From: a virus
Reading direction: 5' to 3' (one strand)
IMG/VR virus record: IMGVR_UViG_3300042474_001633
Span: 64,001 to 128,000 of that record
DNA: 64,000 nucleotides
Shown here: piece after piece, positions 1 to 10,777 of the stretch
How the letters are laid out: the number at the start of each line of letters is the position of its first letter
Position numbering within the stretch: position 1 is the stretch's first letter
Program-made: the position numbers and the translations under genes
Notes under the pieces: model-generated
What the model was told of the DNA's origin: nothing
The model's input: only the letters and a program-made list of their open reading frames with translations
Databases searched by the model: none

Positions 1-17
1 CCAATGGTATTGGTGGT

Positions 18-2336
18 TTGTTTGCCAAAGTACAGTTCAACCTTGCTTCAGAGCGTGGTCGCGAAGCATTTGCAAACGTAAAATTTTTTGGTGAAGAGCA
101 AGAGTGGTCAATTGGCTACAAGACTTTGGACGCAGTATTCGACACAACAAAGCAAGCCAACATGCTCAAAGAAGTTGAACTATACGAAGTCAGCCCTGTA
201 TTGCATGGAGCAAATCAGCTCACAGGAACAATTTCAATCAAGTCAGATAAGCAAAACGAAGAAGTCAAGGGCGGACCTTGTTGGGATGGCTACAAGCAAG
301 TTGGGATGAAGAGGGGCAAGAATGGAAATATGGTTCCAAACTGTGTTCCCATTGAGGAAAAAGGAGAAAAGCTCAGGGACCCAAAGGGCGGCCTTACTGC
401 TGCTGGTCGCGCACACTTCAAGCGCACGGAAGGGGCAAATCTGAAGCCAGGAGTTAAGGGAGCAGCAAATACGCCAGAAAAAATGCGCAGAAAAGGTTCT
501 TTCCTAACTCGCTTCTTCACTAATCCATCTGGACCAATGAAGGATGAAAAGGGTCGCCCAACACGCCTTGCGCTTTCTGCAGCCGCATGGGGTGAGCCGG
601 TGCCACAGGATACTTCTGATGCAGCAAAACTCGCAGCGAAAGGACGTCGCATGCTTGAGCGTTATGAGAATTCAAAGAAGAAGTCGAGTGAGGTTGAGAT
701 TGAAGAAAAAAATATTTCAATCTATTCCATCGCGAACCCATCCGAAAATCCAACAATGGGAAGAATGGGTTCAATCGCAAAGGCAATTTCAACTCACTTT
801 GGTGGTGAAGTCGCTGTCCGCGAAGCAGACAGCAACAACGTCGTGTTTGACCTCATGAAAGACGGAATGGTTGAGACAATGCGCGCTGCGTACCACACAC
901 AAAATGAGTCAGATTTTATGTTTGGCCCAGCCCAAAAGGTTAGAGTCGAAACGATTTATCTTCCAGTTGATTCAAACGGAGAAACATCCGGAGCACCAAT
1001 ACCAAAAAGCCCGAACATGCTCGCCGCGCCAAAGCCGGGAGGGTGCGGATGTGGCGGAGCGTGCGGTGGAAAGTCTGACCCATTTTCAAGTTGGGAAGAG
1101 TTCAAGAACGACAACCCGGGTGTCCATCTTTTCATCAAGACAGAAAACATGGAGATGTACGAAGTAGCGAACAACGTTTCCGAGTATCACGGTTTTGACA
1201 TTGAGCTACTCGCCGATGGATTTGTTGTTCCAAACATCGATTGGTATGAAAAAGACGCGCGAGATGCTGTGATAACAGCAATTGAGAACGTTGAACAAAA
1301 GGCCATTGCAAGAGCCGCGCGCAGCGCTCGTGGTGTTGGTCGTTCGGCAAGAAGAATGGTTAATCCATCAGAGTTCGATGGAGATGGTGACGGATTCAGA
1401 ACTGGGCGCGATGGCAGGGACAATGTTCCATACAAGAAGCCAAAGGCACCAAAGATGATGCCACCACGAACCGTTCCTCAAGAAATTCCAGAACGAGAAG
1501 AAAAACCACTTAGAATCCCTAAGCCAAACGAAATCCCTCGGCCGGCACCAGCACCACAGCCGGCTCCCGCACCAGCTCCCGCTCCGTCGGTCCCACAGAG
1601 AGTTCCGGAAAGACCCGGAATTCCCGCAACCATTACGGGTCGCACAAGAGGAGCTTCTGCCCTGAGGGCCGGAAAACTGGATTCCGCTATTTACAAGGAA
1701 AGAATGGCTGGAGCCTCCCTTGAGGATGTAGCAAAAAAATACGGTGTTGAAAGAATTGACGTTCGTCGAGCCGAACAGCGCCATATGCAAAAAATGAGGG
1801 CCGCAAAACAGAAACGTTCATCAATCCTGCAACAACTAAGAGACATGCAGGACGACCCGAGCATGCCTTCTGGTGTGCCGGAGAGGGCTAAAGAACGAGC
1901 CATATCCATGATTGCAGAGCAAAACAGTATGACGCCTGCTGGCGTTCGCAGGGCCATCAGAAGAGAGCTCGCTGCAGAAAGAATGACTCAAGCAGCAAAT
2001 CAAATGAGAGGCAGAAGAAAGTCTCTTTCCTCTGTCTATGTTTCGGTGTCTGAAGGTAACGACATATCCGTTAAAACTGCCCTGCAAAGCACGGTTGACG
2101 ACTCGGTACTTATCAAGGTTGAGCCCCAATTCGTATCGCAAGTAAAACAAGCGGTTGACACTGTTGCCGAATACCACGGCGTGCGTATTTCTCGTGCCGA
2201 AAATGGAATTAACGTATTCGGAGCGCATGAATTGAATGACGACTCGATTGAGGCTATTTCTCGCGCGATATATGCGTCGTATGTGGATAGCAATATTGAA
2301 GACATCGAAATGGACAGAATTTTCTCGAAGAGATAA
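18..2336 (+). CDS. HK97-family prohead (capsid maturation) protease, 5'-partial, with long modular C-terminal extension
   Basis: WSIGY...LKEVELYEVSPVLHGAN is typical of HK97-type prohead proteases. The frame is open to the window edge. It is followed by a CWDGYKQVGMK..VPNCVP module, a DUF6321-like GGLTAAGR..RRKGSF module, a DGDGDG motif, a Pro-rich linker and an HTH. Confidence 0.85.
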   Translation: MFAKVQFNLASERGREAFANVKFFGEEQEWSIGYKTLDAVFDTTKQANMLKEVELYEVSPVLHGANQLTGTISIKSDKQNEEVKGGPCWDGYKQVGMKRGKNGNMVPNCVPIEEKGEKLRDPKGGLTAAGRAHFKRTEGANLKPGVKGAANTPEKMRRKGSFLTRFFTNPSGPMKDEKGRPTRLALSAAAWGEPVPQDTSDAAKLAAKGRRMLERYENSKKKSSEVEIEEKNISIYSIANPSENPTMGRMGSIAKAISTHFGGEVAVREADSNNVVFDLMKDGMVETMRAAYHTQNESDFMFGPAQKVRVETIYLPVDSNGETSGAPIPKSPNMLAAPKPGGCGCGGACGGKSDPFSSWEEFKNDNPGVHLFIKTENMEMYEVANNVSEYHGFDIELLADGFVVPNIDWYEKDARDAVITAIENVEQKAIARAARSARGVGRSARRMVNPSEFDGDGDGFRTGRDGRDNVPYKKPKAPKMMPPRTVPQEIPEREEKPLRIPKPNEIPRPAPAPQPAPAPAPAPSVPQRVPERPGIPATITGRTRGASALRAGKLDSAIYKERMAGASLEDVAKKYGVERIDVRRAEQRHMQKMRAAKQKRSSILQQLRDMQDDPSMPSGVPERAKERAISMIAEQNSMTPAGVRRAIRRELAAERMTQAANQMRGRRKSLSSVYVSVSEGNDISVKTALQSTVDDSVLIKVEPQFVSQVKQAVDTVAEYHGVRISRAENGINVFGAHELNDDSIEAISRAIYASYVDSNIEDIEMDRIFSKR

Positions 2337-2339
2337 TTC

Positions 2340-2711
2340 ATGGCTTCAGATTTTTTAAGTCACCTTGCTCGATTGCGCGACAGCGCCATAGTGAATCACG
2401 ACATGAAGTCTGTCAATAAATATAATGATGCAATCGACGACTTTTTGGAACTTAGCAAAAAACAAGAAAATTCGATTGCTCCTCGAACGGCAAAAAAGAA
2501 GTCATCGCGCTTCACTGTTAGCAAGCGGAGACCAAACGTCAGCCGTGAATCCTCTTCTATGGGTTATGCTAAACCTATACATAATCAACGGATTTTAAGT
2601 AAATACAACTGCATGGTTACCGGAGAAAAGCGCATGAATCCATGCGCTGGCTGTAGTAACGTACAAGGTTGTATTTCCAATTCAATGCAGTACAAGGAGC
2701 ACCAAGCATGA
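2340..2711 (+). CDS. hypothetical protein with C-terminal Cys cluster
   Basis: Tightly packed ORF; CMVTG..PCAGC..GC. Confidence 0.6.
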   Translation: MASDFLSHLARLRDSAIVNHDMKSVNKYNDAIDDFLELSKKQENSIAPRTAKKKSSRFTVSKRRPNVSRESSSMGYAKPIHNQRILSKYNCMVTGEKRMNPCAGCSNVQGCISNSMQYKEHQA

Positions 2712-4213
2712 GCGAAAAAGCAGCAGTCGTAAAGTTGAATGCTGACGGCGAAGTTGTTAGTTGCGCCAAAGGCCTCGGCTCGGATGAGTGTGGATACACG
2801 CCAGGCGCAAAAGTTTGTGGAAAGTGCGGAGCAATGGCTGTCTCTGTAAAGAAGAAAGAAGATGTTGACGTTAAGGCCGCCAAGAAAAACATGCTAAACA
2901 TGGCCGCAATGGATTCTGACCTGGATGAAGAAATGTCCATGGAAGATGAAGAAAAAGATGACGACATGGAAGACATGGAGCTCGTTGATGACGAAGAGGA
3001 CATGGATGAAGAGGACATGGACGACGAAGACGACGAAGACATGGCCGCAGATGACGACGAAGAAGACGAAGACATGGAAGACCTTGACGGCAAAATGTAT
3101 GATGATGAATCAGTAGACGAAATGTTCGTCCGTCGTTCTGCGCCAAAGAAGAAAAAGAAAGGCGCCATGATGATGGGGCCAGACGCTGAAGTAGAACTAG
3201 ACGAAGACGAAAAAGACATGGATGGCATGTACTCAGATGAATCTTCAGTTCGCAAAAAGATGCGCAGACGCAGACTCGGAACAATGGGGTACAAGTCAGC
3301 AGATTTTGACGACAACGCATTCGTTTGTGGATTCGACCGCAAGGTCTACCCAGGCGGCGCAAATGTTTGCGATAGCTGCCCAGGCGGTTGTGTTTCCGAA
3401 AAGGGAATGCCAGCCCTGATTGAAATTGAAGGCATGGCAGAAGACATGTTTAGAGGCAAGGTTCTCGATTCTGGATATTCAGATGAAGCAGACCTGTTTA
3501 TAGTTGATGTTGAGAGAAAAGACGGAAAGCCAGTCGAGGTGTTCTTCGATGGTTCAACCGGCGAAGTCATGGGCTGGCACATGCTCACTCAGGATGTCGT
3601 GCAGGTTAAGTCTGCGCTGCAAAACAAGGTGATGATTAGCTTTGGTGAAGCAGCAGATATTGCTGTTAAATCGGTTGAAGGTGACATCATTGCTGTTGAA
3701 CCAGATGTTTTTGAGGGATTTGATGTTTACGCAGTAGAAATCGAGGGCCTCAATGGCAAGTCGTATGACGTGTTTGTTGGGCTCGATGGTGAAGTGCTTG
3801 GATACGATGAGTATACGCAGGAAGAAGCTTCAGAGATTGAAGCCGAAGCGGCGGAAATTGCGCTGAAGCGTGCCTACTCGGAAGATTCGCGCACATCAAT
3901 GGCTCAAGCCGGGCAGGCACTTGCAGATGGTTCATTCCCAATCAAGGATGAAGCAGACTTGAAGAATGCAATCCAGGCTTACGGTCGCGCAAAAGACAAG
4001 ACAGCAGCAAAAGCTCATATCATGAAGAGAGCTGTTGACCTTGGCATGGAAGAAATGATTCCTTTGAGCTGGGTCTCCAAGGAAGATATGGACAAAGCCA
4101 AAAAGGACTACGCTGCTGAAGAGAAGTCAGAAGTGACGGATTTCTTGTCAAACTTGATGGAATTCGAAATGCTTTCCATCGAAGAGGAAATCAACGAACC
4201 AAAACCTGAATAG
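2708..4213 (+). CDS. head-module protein: Cys clusters, acidic tract, PepSY-like repeats, C-terminal DGSFPI..LKNAI module
   Basis: ATG at 2708 after AAGGAG. ISFGEAADIA..YAVEI..YDVFV..DGEVL fits PepSY. The C-terminal motif is common in phage head proteins. Confidence 0.7.
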   Translation: MSEKAAVVKLNADGEVVSCAKGLGSDECGYTPGAKVCGKCGAMAVSVKKKEDVDVKAAKKNMLNMAAMDSDLDEEMSMEDEEKDDDMEDMELVDDEEDMDEEDMDDEDDEDMAADDDEEDEDMEDLDGKMYDDESVDEMFVRRSAPKKKKKGAMMMGPDAEVELDEDEKDMDGMYSDESSVRKKMRRRRLGTMGYKSADFDDNAFVCGFDRKVYPGGANVCDSCPGGCVSEKGMPALIEIEGMAEDMFRGKVLDSGYSDEADLFIVDVERKDGKPVEVFFDGSTGEVMGWHMLTQDVVQVKSALQNKVMISFGEAADIAVKSVEGDIIAVEPDVFEGFDVYAVEIEGLNGKSYDVFVGLDGEVLGYDEYTQEEASEIEAEAAEIALKRAYSEDSRTSMAQAGQALADGSFPIKDEADLKNAIQAYGRAKDKTAAKAHIMKRAVDLGMEEMIPLSWVSKEDMDKAKKDYAAEEKSEVTDFLSNLMEFEMLSIEEEINEPKPE

Positions 4214-4283
4214 GCTAATATGGTTGTTGTTCCATAACTTCGTTAGGTGATTGCGGTATCTGTTTGCCGCCTAGGAGCAACAA

Positions 4284-7200
4284 GTGGCTAATTCATATTC
4301 CAATTTCGCAGAACGCAGGATAAACAACCTGTCCAAGAATGGCGAATTAGAAATAGGTTTCATTCCCAAAATAGAGACCAAGGCCGAAAAACCAGAAGTA
4401 AATAAGCCTCCAGTAAAATATTCAAACCCGTATGAAGAATACATAAAGACATGGGAGCCGGGGGACGTAATACCGCTTGTTCCACCAGGCAAGAGAATGC
4501 ATTTTTGCACTTTCAACCCAAATATGCTGGATACAGATTCAACATTTTTTAGGTCAACACACAAACATTCCTCTCCGACGAAATTTAAATCGGGTGAACT
4601 GAATGACATCGAGTACAAGGTCCTTGGAAGGAAACTAAAGGACAGCCTTGACTCGCTACTGCGAAGAGCAGCCAAAACAAGAGGCTTATGGGTTGACGAT
4701 AAAAACAAGCTTCGCTGCCCTCCGGGAACACCAGCTGCAAACCAATTTACAGACATAACTGGCTCTAACTGCTTCATACCGTCACCAAGAACTGCCGCAC
4801 AAAGTGGAGCTCGTGCAGTGCGTAGAGCAACAGCTGGCGCAACCCAGATGTCAACCCAGGTTGGCGGAAGAGTTGCTAGTGGATTCGATGCAGCTAGAGC
4901 AAACGCTGAACAAATTAGAGAACTTGGTTTTGAAAGAGTTCAAGAAGCAATGGGGTACGGTGGCAGAATTGCGCCCACTCCACAAATGGTTAGCGATACA
5001 GTCTCGGGAGCCATGAGGGCTACGAGGTTTGGTCTCATACCAAACCCTTCAGCGAGAACTGGAGGCAAGCAGCGTGGAGCACCGAAGGGCGTCGGCAACA
5101 ATGTGTGGCAGCTTGGATTAAAAGAACAAGTCTGGAGAGGCAGAAGAGCCACCGAACTTGCTCGCTCCACAAGGGATAGATTTAATAACCCAAACCGACC
5201 AGACGGACTAAGACTCCCACCGAGTCAGAACTTCCCGGCCGGTAGACCAATCGGCGACATAAGCCAAAAGGCTCAATTCGTTTCCGCAATGGCCGAACTA
5301 TTTCCAAACGTTCCACAAGCAGAAATAGAAGAAATGTTTGACCAAGCAATTCCAATGAGCTTGAGCAGGATGGAAAGGTCAAAACTGAAGGCATCTTTGA
5401 TTCAATACTGGTACTCCTGGATGGAAAATGCAATTGCAAATCCAGAGCAGGCAAAATGGGTTACCTCTTTCGCGATAGATACGGAAATGGGGTCAGCGTT
5501 CGAAGTTAGATTTGATGCATTTGCTCCCTCGCCTTCAACGGGAGGAAGAAGAATTAGCCAAGCAGCATCAAACGCGGCTCAGGGAAGAACCGCAGAACAG
5601 GGTGGACTTCAGTTCTCCCTTGTTATGAATCCATGGGAAATGTGGTCACAGGTAAATCGCTCGGGCTTTGACAGAAATGGTCGAGCAAATGGAGTCGCTG
5701 ATTCTGTTGAGGGTGACATGCACTATTTGGCCAACCATGAGTGGGGCCACGTTGCGCACTTCTCGAGTGTTATGGAGACACTTGGATTCCAAACGCAAAA
5801 TCTTCAGAGATATCCGCTTGCACAAACACTCGTAAAACCACAGCAGGGTGGTCCCCAGTGGCAAAGACAGAAACAAGTCAATGCATGGATGATTGACTTT
5901 AGGCAAGCTGCGAATCCAACAGGAAACAGAAGTATTCAGCTGTTAATCGACTCAGCAAACAATCTAAGCAGAAGGCAATATATTCGCTCTGGAAGTTGGG
6001 GAGGTTCGACCGGGTACACAAGGCAAGACCTGGAGACCGATTTAAACAATTTTCATAATGCGCTAGCTGAGGCAATTGAAAACAACATCACCGATGATGC
6101 TGACGACCAGGAGTTGATGAGACAGTTTTCTGGTGGTGTTTATGCGGCAACATCAAACATAGAAGCCCGCGCAGAGTTCTTCGCATCCCGAAGATTGTTT
6201 GGAGACCCGGTACTAACAGGTGGGCAAACAGGAATCCCATCCACGGTTGATGAGTTCGCGCGAACAATGGCTTCAGCCCAGGGAGCCACACGGACGCAGG
6301 CACAATACCGTTCCCAGATGGACGACATTGGACAGAATGTTTTTAGTGTTCCTGGAAACGCATGGAATATTAGTGGTCGCATGGCTGGTTCTGGATTGCC
6401 ACAACAAAGGCCAACACTTAAAACACAGGCCGTCAGAAGAGCTGTAGACCAAAACTATCCACGAAGCAATAGAAATAGGAGTTCCTCGGCTATTACTGGA
6501 GCAATGAGGTCATCCTCATTACAGCAGAGAACCACTTCTTCTCGTGACTGGAAAAATCAAGACACGATAAGTTCAATAAACACAAACAGGCCATTCACCG
6601 AAGAGCGTCAATCGCTGCCGGGAATGCTGCAATCAGCATTGGGAACTCAGCAATCATCTACACCAATCGTTGGAAGGATGTCCCCGCTGGTGCCAACAAC
6701 GGTCACGGGTGTTAGGAATCGTTTCGATGGCAGCAGGTCTGGTGATGTCGACATCAAGGTCCACGAAATAAACGGCGAAAAAATAGTATTTGATAATCCC
6801 GACGCAATATCAATCGATGACTCATCAATAAAAATTATTCCTAAAAACCCATTTGAGATAACCGGAAAATCCAGAACCAGTAAGGAAGGTCGCGAATATT
6901 CAGAGAAGTGGCTCAATGCCCATCTAGGCAAAGGAGACATGGATTCGAATGATGTCGACGCCCTTCTGTATCGAGCATCACGCGGTGACACGGAGGCAGC
7001 AAAGGAATTCGATGGTTTAGCGGAAAAAGGAAGCAAGCGAGTCTCTGAAGCAGAAGGAAAATTGTATGAACCCATCGAACTTGATGAATACCAGGAAAGA
7101 ACAATAACCCGAGCTGGTCTTGAGGATTTGAGCCTAGATGACTTGTATGTTGTACATGAAACAAGTTACGAGCCAGAAATTGATGAAAATGGAGACATAA

Positions 7201-10200
7201 GCATCTCTCCTCGTTCTAACTTTGAGGAAACAACTGAATCCGGAAAGAAGGTAAGGGTTCCTCGCCACACGATTCACTTCGCATTAAATCACCTTGTTGG
7301 TGGACATATATTTAGGCAGCGCTCAGAAAAAGATACGACTATCTTAATAGCGCCACTGTCTCAGGTGCTAAGAGACAATCCAGATTCACTCGACAATCTA
7401 TATACGCTTGATACTGTTCTTACACCAAAACCTGGTGAGGGGATAAAGCTCAAATCAGGAAGCTTCCGAAGACTCACTGGTACACCAGACAAAGAAGCAA
7501 CAGAAGAGGCTGTTCGTCAGCAGCTAAACGAAATGGGTGCAACAAAGATTTTTAAAGCAGAATCAGCAGAGTCTTCAACTGACGCACAGGATTTAGCAGT
7601 CGGCAAAATAGCCAGGCAGCTGAGAACCCAATCGGGATTGCACGCAAACATCCCAAGCGGACAGGTCGAGCAGTATTTGATTCGCCAGGCTGGAAGTGGT
7701 GGTAGCGCTGAAGTGACGCTTCCGCCTAGTTGGGTGGCCGGAATGAGCAAAAACCATCGCCAAAGACTTGGTGATTCAAACTTCTGGAGCGATGCGAAAC
7801 CAGCCCCAATCACCGGCTTTATGAGAAGCGGCTCGACCCCACAAGCAGGACAGAGCAGAATCAAGAAAAACAAAGACGGTGTGCCTCAGTACCCACGGAC
7901 GCCAACCTACGGTCCAATGCTCGGTGAAACAGAAAATATTTTTGCTGGAGTTAATTCTTGGGAAGAATTTAAACAGAGATATAATGACCAGGAAATAGTC
8001 TTTCTTGATTATGAAACAACTGGTTTAGTATTCGACAAATATGGTCGCGCTACGGAAAACGGAAATCCGGTAGAAATAGGCGCAATAAAAGTAAAAAACG
8101 GACAAGTAATAGACAGATTCAACACATTTGTCAATCCGGGAAAGCCTCTGCAGCAATGGTCTAAAGACAACTTGCGCGACGCAGACGGAAACCCCCTCAC
8201 TGACCAATACCTACAGGGGGCTGAGTCTTTGGAGTCTGGGCACAAAAAACTTGTTGAATTTGCTGGACCAAATGCAATTATGGGTGTTCAAAACGCCGCA
8301 TACGACAAGAACGTACTTGAAGACACTCTCCGTGAAGCGGGAATTGAATGGCAAGCAAGGGGCTGGATTGACCTCAAAGATATGGCCGGCATGACACTCC
8401 CAAGGTACACAGATGAAAATCCGGATGGACCACATAAGACAAATAAAGATGGAACAAAATCACCATCCAATGGACTTGCGGACATAACAAGATACCTCGG
8501 GGTCCCTCTTGGCAAAGAGCATCATAGAGCAGACAAAGACGCTGAAGCAACAGCGGAATCAATGCGTCTTTTGATTGATGGTGCAATTGAAAAGAATTGG
8601 TCAAAAGACGCTCTGGATAGAGCCAAGCGAAGTGCGTACGTCAAAAAAACACAAGACGATTTTGACTCAGATGTAAAAGAATGGGAGTCCGAGCTTGCAA
8701 AGTACTTAGGTGATGGAGTGTCGGGAAAGATGTCGTCATCACCTGCTTTGCGCTCTGCTCCACAGTTTGGCAGAAGACAGTCTCGTGAGTTCTATAGCTC
8801 GGTACCAAACAGTAAATTATGGAGACCGGAAACTCTCGAGCAAAGCGAACCATCACGAATTGCGAAAAGACAAGAAATAATCAAAGACATCAAAGGATTC
8901 ATAGAGTCTGGCGATGGCGACGCAAAATACATGTCTGCAATGAATGGACTTGACCCAGAATTTGCTAACTACATGCGCAATACCGAAGACCGCGAGATTC
9001 TGGCAGACCTTCGTCAGGCAGCAGTTGAATTTCATGCTGGCATCGACCAGAGACCACGTCTAAACGTAAACACTGCAGAACTTTCGAGCTTAATGGAAAA
9101 TGGGCTACGAAGAGACGATTCAGGCAAACCGCGACGTCTGTCAGAGAGAGTAAAAGCCTACGAAGCAGACATTGGAATTTCTCCAGACCTTCCCGACGCA
9201 GAACGCCCAATAACTGGATACATGGTGCATTCCGATGGCGACTTCGCTGAACAAGAGGCTTCATTTAGGGAGTTTTCTAATAAAGTTGATGTCAATTCTC
9301 CACGTTATAAGTTTGACCTTTTTAAGTCAAGTAACGAAAATCGCAACAATGGTTTCAATTCTATTTTTGGTGATGCTGAAATAATTCTAAAACCAGAAAC
9401 CGGCCAAAGGACAGCTTACGGCAACGGTGACGCCCTTGATAATCACATATTTCCTGTCCTGGCAAACTCAACAGATTCTGACGAAATAGGTCGCGCACTC
9501 ATTGACCCTAACGGAAGATTTGACGAACGTGAATCAAATTCCATCGAACTTCTCTATGGAAAATTTAAAAATGATTTCAATGCCTACAGAAAAGATAACG
9601 GTCAAACTCGTCCACGGATAAGCGGAGCATGGGGAAATAGGGACGCCCTGATTATGGGCGGAATAGAGCCGAGTGATATCGAAGAGGTGAGGGTTCCGTT
9701 TAATTCTCTAGATATTACAAACTCAACCACGCCGGAAGAATTTGCAAAAAAACCAAGAGAACTTAAGTACTTACCCGTTACTGAGTATGTAGACGAAGGC
9801 CCTGCGATTGCTTCCTCCGGCGCAGGAGCACCACCGCCGCCACCACCGCCAGATGACCCTGACAACAACATGACAGACGAAGAAATTTCTAAAATTCAAG
9901 AAAAAATGAAACGGAGTTTTGCGGCCACAAAAGAAGAGCAAAAAATAATCGAAGATATTTTGTCTGGGTTAGAGCCAATTAATGCGATACCCAAAAATTT
10001 AGCCATACGAATTGACAACGTTAACGAATACAGGAAAATCTCAGACGACTTTAGAAATCTAAGAAGAATTGAAGAAGCCGAAAGACTTCAGAGATTAGCG
10101 AAAGCAAGAGGTTTTAATCTTGCAGTAACCAATGACTACGGATTGGACGTATTTGATGGGCGCTCATTCTCAAGTAAGGCTCCCAAGTCAAAAACATCAA

Positions 10201-10364
10201 AAGAAGTTATTGAGGCAAAAATAGACAAGCAGATAGAAGAACTTGTTGAGTCAATGCGTCAGGCAAAGTTCAAAAACATTAAAAATATTTCTGACTCCAG
10301 AAGCAGACTGGAAAAGATACAGGAAGAGTTTGATAAACTCACAGACGGCAGGAATGAAAAGTGA
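4284..10364 (+). CDS. 2026-aa multidomain head-associated protein (HExxH zincin, DEDDh/DnaQ exonuclease, DUF3626-like C-terminal domain)
   Basis: HEWGH at 5736 plus a downstream EARAE; FLDYETTG (8001-8024) and HRADKDA; RPITGY..FGD..LK..RT..GD; six [IV]xGxM motifs. Confidence 0.8.
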   Translation: MANSYSNFAERRINNLSKNGELEIGFIPKIETKAEKPEVNKPPVKYSNPYEEYIKTWEPGDVIPLVPPGKRMHFCTFNPNMLDTDSTFFRSTHKHSSPTKFKSGELNDIEYKVLGRKLKDSLDSLLRRAAKTRGLWVDDKNKLRCPPGTPAANQFTDITGSNCFIPSPRTAAQSGARAVRRATAGATQMSTQVGGRVASGFDAARANAEQIRELGFERVQEAMGYGGRIAPTPQMVSDTVSGAMRATRFGLIPNPSARTGGKQRGAPKGVGNNVWQLGLKEQVWRGRRATELARSTRDRFNNPNRPDGLRLPPSQNFPAGRPIGDISQKAQFVSAMAELFPNVPQAEIEEMFDQAIPMSLSRMERSKLKASLIQYWYSWMENAIANPEQAKWVTSFAIDTEMGSAFEVRFDAFAPSPSTGGRRISQAASNAAQGRTAEQGGLQFSLVMNPWEMWSQVNRSGFDRNGRANGVADSVEGDMHYLANHEWGHVAHFSSVMETLGFQTQNLQRYPLAQTLVKPQQGGPQWQRQKQVNAWMIDFRQAANPTGNRSIQLLIDSANNLSRRQYIRSGSWGGSTGYTRQDLETDLNNFHNALAEAIENNITDDADDQELMRQFSGGVYAATSNIEARAEFFASRRLFGDPVLTGGQTGIPSTVDEFARTMASAQGATRTQAQYRSQMDDIGQNVFSVPGNAWNISGRMAGSGLPQQRPTLKTQAVRRAVDQNYPRSNRNRSSSAITGAMRSSSLQQRTTSSRDWKNQDTISSINTNRPFTEERQSLPGMLQSALGTQQSSTPIVGRMSPLVPTTVTGVRNRFDGSRSGDVDIKVHEINGEKIVFDNPDAISIDDSSIKIIPKNPFEITGKSRTSKEGREYSEKWLNAHLGKGDMDSNDVDALLYRASRGDTEAAKEFDGLAEKGSKRVSEAEGKLYEPIELDEYQERTITRAGLEDLSLDDLYVVHETSYEPEIDENGDISISPRSNFEETTESGKKVRVPRHTIHFALNHLVGGHIFRQRSEKDTTILIAPLSQVLRDNPDSLDNLYTLDTVLTPKPGEGIKLKSGSFRRLTGTPDKEATEEAVRQQLNEMGATKIFKAESAESSTDAQDLAVGKIARQLRTQSGLHANIPSGQVEQYLIRQAGSGGSAEVTLPPSWVAGMSKNHRQRLGDSNFWSDAKPAPITGFMRSGSTPQAGQSRIKKNKDGVPQYPRTPTYGPMLGETENIFAGVNSWEEFKQRYNDQEIVFLDYETTGLVFDKYGRATENGNPVEIGAIKVKNGQVIDRFNTFVNPGKPLQQWSKDNLRDADGNPLTDQYLQGAESLESGHKKLVEFAGPNAIMGVQNAAYDKNVLEDTLREAGIEWQARGWIDLKDMAGMTLPRYTDENPDGPHKTNKDGTKSPSNGLADITRYLGVPLGKEHHRADKDAEATAESMRLLIDGAIEKNWSKDALDRAKRSAYVKKTQDDFDSDVKEWESELAKYLGDGVSGKMSSSPALRSAPQFGRRQSREFYSSVPNSKLWRPETLEQSEPSRIAKRQEIIKDIKGFIESGDGDAKYMSAMNGLDPEFANYMRNTEDREILADLRQAAVEFHAGIDQRPRLNVNTAELSSLMENGLRRDDSGKPRRLSERVKAYEADIGISPDLPDAERPITGYMVHSDGDFAEQEASFREFSNKVDVNSPRYKFDLFKSSNENRNNGFNSIFGDAEIILKPETGQRTAYGNGDALDNHIFPVLANSTDSDEIGRALIDPNGRFDERESNSIELLYGKFKNDFNAYRKDNGQTRPRISGAWGNRDALIMGGIEPSDIEEVRVPFNSLDITNSTTPEEFAKKPRELKYLPVTEYVDEGPAIASSGAGAPPPPPPPDDPDNNMTDEEISKIQEKMKRSFAATKEEQKIIEDILSGLEPINAIPKNLAIRIDNVNEYRKISDDFRNLRRIEEAERLQRLAKARGFNLAVTNDYGLDVFDGRSFSSKAPKSKTSKEVIEAKIDKQIEELVESMRQAKFKNIKNISDSRSRLEKIQEEFDKLTDGRNEK

Positions 10365-10705
10365 AAAAGTACCTAATCGCCAAAGTCGGAAAAACTGGGA
10401 ATCTCTATTTTGTTCCAGATGGCGACAGGTATAACGGCCTGTTTGTTGACGGCAAGAGATTATCCCCAGTTCCGCTGTTTTCTTTTATTGAACGACGTAA
10501 TGACATCTTCCCAGTTATGAAGACCAACAGACAGAAACGTTTCTGGAAGCTAGACTTCAGGGATAGTGACTGGTCCACTAGGCACAACACGGAAAACCCC
10601 GGAAAGATATCAAAGAATCCTTATAATAAAAAAGCTTTAGATTTTTACGACCAACTAGAGGAAATCCAGCCAGTCCGCAAGCCAGGATTTCGGAAATCTA
10701 GTTGA
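10361..10705 (+). CDS. hypothetical protein
   Basis: GTGA overlap with the upstream stop codon. Confidence 0.6.
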   Translation: MKKYLIAKVGKTGNLYFVPDGDRYNGLFVDGKRLSPVPLFSFIERRNDIFPVMKTNRQKRFWKLDFRDSDWSTRHNTENPGKISKNPYNKKALDFYDQLEEIQPVRKPGFRKSS

Positions 10706-10777
10706 CATGTATTTAAATCACAGTATTTTGCGTACAATTAAATTCAGGGGTTTATTCACTGGTTGCAAGGAGACCAA

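Noticed and set aside
2920-3240. GAY/GAR-rich periodic DNA
   Set aside because: Explained by an Asp/Glu/Met-rich coding tract. The antisense Ser-rich ORF 2617..3342 is its shadow.
9210-9227. ITGYM as another linker copy
   Set aside because: It aligns with the RP.YGY core of the DUF3626-like domain, so it is probably intradomain. Not counted.
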